A stretch of DNA of 64,000 nucleotides, from assembly GCA_051439605.1 (NCBI GenBank), contig JBFRWN010000017.1, positions 64,001 through 128,000 of the forward strand, in the 5' to 3' direction. Within the stretch, counting starts at the first letter, position 1. The number at the start of each line of letters is the position of its first letter. Below the pieces are notes generated by a model, which was not told the DNA's origin, made no database searches, and was given only the letters and a program-made list of their open reading frames with translations. Made by a program: the position numbers and the translations under genes. The stretch is from Synechococcus sp. Its GTDB lineage: Bacteria; Cyanobacteriota; Cyanobacteriia; Thermostichales; PCC-7336. Shown in pieces: positions 60,853 through 64,000 of the stretch.

Positions 60853-62422
60853 TTTGCCAGCAGCTTCGCATCAACTGGGACGAATTATGGACGTCGAGGT
60901 GACGGGAATCGCGACAGATTCTCGCACAGTCCAACAGGGGCATATCTTCATTGGCATGCCAGGAACCCAAACAGATGGAGGACGTTTTTGGCAACAGGCA
61001 GCAACCCAAGGTGCTGCAATCGGATTGATCTCAGAGACGGTTTTTCAAGAACTGCAGACTGATGGAGAGTCTGAAGCGGTCCCAAAGACTGAAAAACAAC
61101 GGCCTGCAGAGTTTGACATGCCCATTCTCAGTTGGCCCGCCGAACTGATGCCAGAAATCTGTGGGCGAGCGGCCAATTGGATATGCGACAACCCAGTTAA
61201 CCAGCTTTCTTTGGTGGGGATAACAGGTACCAACGGGAAAACCACTGTCACCCACATTATCGAGCATCTACTGACGGCCAGCTGTCAAGATACAGCACTG
61301 ATCGGCACACTGTACGAACGCTGGCCCGGTCACAACATAGAAGCAGCCCACACCACCCCCTTTGCACCAGATTTGCAGCGATCGCTGGCCTCTGCTGCTG
61401 CTGCAGGTTGTCAGACCGCTGTGATGGAGGTAAGTTCCCACAGCCTCGACCAACAGCGAGTGTGGGGGTGCAGCTTTGATGCGACCGTTTGGACAAACTT
61501 GACCCAAGATCATTTGGATTACCACCAAACAATGGAGGATTACTGGACGGCAAAGGCCCGTTTGTTTAGGGCGCCCCATTTCACTGCCTCCAGCAGAGGG
61601 ATCCTCAATATGGATGATGAGTGGGTTCGTCGGCTCTGGGACAGCTGGCCCCAAGATTTTCTGCCACCCTGGGGATTTACCTTAAATACACCTGCCGATA
61701 CTCGCTCGGATATCCCAAACGATCGCCTTTTATGGGCATCTGAAGTAACAATGAATGCCACTCAGACCCGGGCATTATTGCATACTCCTGCGGGAGAATT
61801 TGCGATCGTGGCTCCATTAGTGGGGCAGTTTAATCTGGCCAATTTATTAGCTGCGGTCGGTGTTGCGCTGCATCTCGGGGTCAAGCCGGACGTCATTCAA
61901 GCGGCCTTACCCTCTTTCCCAGGGGTTCCTGGGAGAGTCGCACCCGTGCAAATTCCCGGTCAAGACATCGCAGTTACAATTGACTACGCCCATACCCCAG
62001 ACGGTTTAGAGAATCTTCTGGAGGCCATTCGGCCATCCGTGCAAAACTCGCTGGTATGCGTGTTTGGCTGTGGGGGAGATCGAGATCGGCGCAAGCGTCC
62101 CCTGATGGGAGAGATTGCCGCTCGTCTCGCGGATGCGGTTGTGGTCACCTCCGATAATCCCCGCACTGAAGACCCCCAGCAAATTTTGCAGGATATTTTG
62201 CAGGGAATCGACGATCGCCATCCCCAACTCACCGTTGAGGAAGATCGCAAAGCCGCCATCTTTGAAGCAATTTTGTCCGCCCAGCCTGGGGATACGGTGG
62301 CGATCGCAGGTAAGGGGCACGAAACGTATCAGATCCTGGGTAGGTTAAAAGTGCATTTCGACGACCGAGAGGTGGCAGAAGCCGCTCTACAACAACGTTT
62401 GAGCCAGCCTATGCCCCAATAA
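60821..62422 (+). CDS. murE: UDP-N-acetylmuramoyl-L-alanyl-D-glutamate--2,6-diaminopimelate ligase
   Basis: GITGTNGKTT, HTTP, MEVSSHSLDQ.R, NLTQDHLDYH, DYAHTPD, GCGGDRD, DNPR, AGKGHE.YQ. Confidence 0.97.
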   Translation: MSKLLTDLLGNLPAASHQLGRIMDVEVTGIATDSRTVQQGHIFIGMPGTQTDGGRFWQQAATQGAAIGLISETVFQELQTDGESEAVPKTEKQRPAEFDMPILSWPAELMPEICGRAANWICDNPVNQLSLVGITGTNGKTTVTHIIEHLLTASCQDTALIGTLYERWPGHNIEAAHTTPFAPDLQRSLASAAAAGCQTAVMEVSSHSLDQQRVWGCSFDATVWTNLTQDHLDYHQTMEDYWTAKARLFRAPHFTASSRGILNMDDEWVRRLWDSWPQDFLPPWGFTLNTPADTRSDIPNDRLLWASEVTMNATQTRALLHTPAGEFAIVAPLVGQFNLANLLAAVGVALHLGVKPDVIQAALPSFPGVPGRVAPVQIPGQDIAVTIDYAHTPDGLENLLEAIRPSVQNSLVCVFGCGGDRDRRKRPLMGEIAARLADAVVVTSDNPRTEDPQQILQDILQGIDDRHPQLTVEEDRKAAIFEAILSAQPGDTVAIAGKGHETYQILGRLKVHFDDREVAEAALQQRLSQPMPQ

Positions 62423-62499
62423 CTCTCTTTGACGGGCATTCCCGACCTCCGTCGAGATTCATTATTCACTTAATCATCACTCAAGTTGGGGGTGTTCGC

Positions 62500-63882
62500 G
62501 TGGTTGTTTCCCTCAGCACCACATCCGTTTTTGAAACTATTCAGAATCGCCTGGGCGATCGCTTCAAGCCATTTTTGGCTCGACCGGAGACGTTGCGTGC
62601 AGCCAGCAGAGCGCTCACAGATTGGGTCGCCCAAACCCACACCGATGCGATCGTCCTGATTCGTTTACCCGACAGCAGTGTCTGGTCTGAGGAGGCTCCC
62701 TATTACGAGTCCCTATCCCGCAGCACCCGGGCAGTCTACATTTTGTCTCCGGAATCCCTGTTTACCGCAGCCAGCACTCTATTTTGTTGTAAGGTCCCTA
62801 ACAACAAGCACCAGCAAGAAGAGGTCTTGGCTCTACTCACCCCCGACATGTCTTGCATTTTGGTAGGGCAACAGCTGAACGATACCCACAGTGCAAATTC
62901 CTCGAGCCATTGCGTAACCTATTTTTCCTACGGTGCGGAGGCCCTCGATCCGGCCCTCACCATTCTGCAACAACTCGCATCAACCGCTCGCCCTCAACTG
63001 CAGAAGAACCTCCGGAAAGGAATCGAAGAACTGGCCCCCCGTTCGCCTAGTCCAGACGCAGCTGCAGCGTTAATTCCACAATTAATTCAACTGCTCGATT
63101 CGGCGATCCAGCAAAAGCAGGGTTTACAACGGCAGGCCCAAAACATAGAAGAACTCCAGCAGAACAATGCTGAGCTTAAACAAGCTCTAGAGTTTAAAGA
63201 TGGTTTTATGAAAACAGTGAGTCAGCAACTCTGCAATCCACTCACGAACATCAAAACCGCCATTCAGCTCCTCCGCTCCCCTCGTATCAAAGAGGGGCAA
63301 AAGGCTCGCTATTGGAATGTCTTACAGTCAGAGTGCGACCACCAGGCCAGTTTAATTAATAGCTTGATGGAGCTCACCGCTATTGAAGAATCGTCCCCTG
63401 AACTAGATTCGAGTGCGGTTGCACTCTTTGACCTTGTCCCTGGCGTGGTAAGCACTTATCAAGCCGTAGCCCAAGAGAAGGGCATTATGTTGGCCTACAC
63501 CGTACCTTCTGCGCTACCGAAGGTCAATTTCCCTGCCTCTTCTCTCAAAACCATCCTGGTCAAACTGATTGAGAATGGCATTCAATGCACGCTAGATGGT
63601 GGCAAGATTTGGGTCATTGCCACCGCAAATGGCCAATATATTCAAGTTGAAGTTCGAGATACAGGTATCGGCATTCCCCCCGATTCAATTCCTAAACTGT
63701 TCGATCGCTTTTACCGCGTTCCGCGAGCAAAAATGCACAGCAGCGGGGTGGGTCTAGGACTAACGGTAGTACAAACATTGCTATTACAGGCAGGGGGGGC
63801 GATTTCCGTTCGCAGCCAGATGGGTTTGGGAACGACTTTCACCCTGATGTTGCCGCAGGCTGATGCCTCCGTGTCTTCATGA
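62500..63882 (+). CDS. Sensor histidine kinase-like protein (DICT-like input, HisKA, HATPase) lacking the phosphoacceptor His
   Basis: H-box reads VSQQLCNPLTNIK; DTGIGI, FDRFYR and GVGLGL boxes intact. Confidence 0.8.
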   Translation: MVVSLSTTSVFETIQNRLGDRFKPFLARPETLRAASRALTDWVAQTHTDAIVLIRLPDSSVWSEEAPYYESLSRSTRAVYILSPESLFTAASTLFCCKVPNNKHQQEEVLALLTPDMSCILVGQQLNDTHSANSSSHCVTYFSYGAEALDPALTILQQLASTARPQLQKNLRKGIEELAPRSPSPDAAAALIPQLIQLLDSAIQQKQGLQRQAQNIEELQQNNAELKQALEFKDGFMKTVSQQLCNPLTNIKTAIQLLRSPRIKEGQKARYWNVLQSECDHQASLINSLMELTAIEESSPELDSSAVALFDLVPGVVSTYQAVAQEKGIMLAYTVPSALPKVNFPASSLKTILVKLIENGIQCTLDGGKIWVIATANGQYIQVEVRDTGIGIPPDSIPKLFDRFYRVPRAKMHSSGVGLGLTVVQTLLLQAGGAISVRSQMGLGTTFTLMLPQADASVSS

Positions 63883-64000
63883 CGGGGTAGATAGCTGAAT
63901 CCTCGCGCCCTTGGGAGGTTCATGTTGCCACTGCTGGGTCAACCCTTCAGCGTCAGCTTGGTAGTAGAGCTGGAGCAACTCACACTAAAGCCAATTAGAC

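Overview
A 64-kb chromosomal window from a cyanobacterium. The HIP1 octamer GCGATCGC recurs throughout, and the window carries sqdB, DUF2839/DUF3119-like genes and a long Pro-rich cyanobacterial IF-2. Most of it is housekeeping backbone: tilS, maf, accA, hemE, grxD, ylxR-infB, cutA, an S41 protease, argF, cpdA, comM/yifB, sqdB, hisZ-hisG, guaA, glgC and murE. The main accessory element is a ~15-kb segment bracketed by tRNA-Glu(TTC) and tRNA-Arg(CCT). It holds an IS982 transposase relic, a 4306-aa adhesin-like RHS/YD polymorphic toxin, a tightly coupled putative immunity gene and a truncated tyrosine-integrase N-terminus. The toxin comprises a beta-solenoid-like N-region, 10 cadherin/Ig-like repeats, an SdrD-B-like domain split by a ~350-aa AT-rich insert, an RHS core with a 390-nt internal tandem repeat, a DPSG cleavage motif and an unassigned C-terminal tip. 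Smaller oddities include an ATPase-less PilB/GspE-like protein, a His-less sensor kinase, a GH3 glucosidase without a signal peptide next to a LysE relic, single AT-rich glycosyltransferase-type genes, and a repeat/small-ORF cassette downstream of hemE. All assignments come from reading motifs by eye; no database searches were run.
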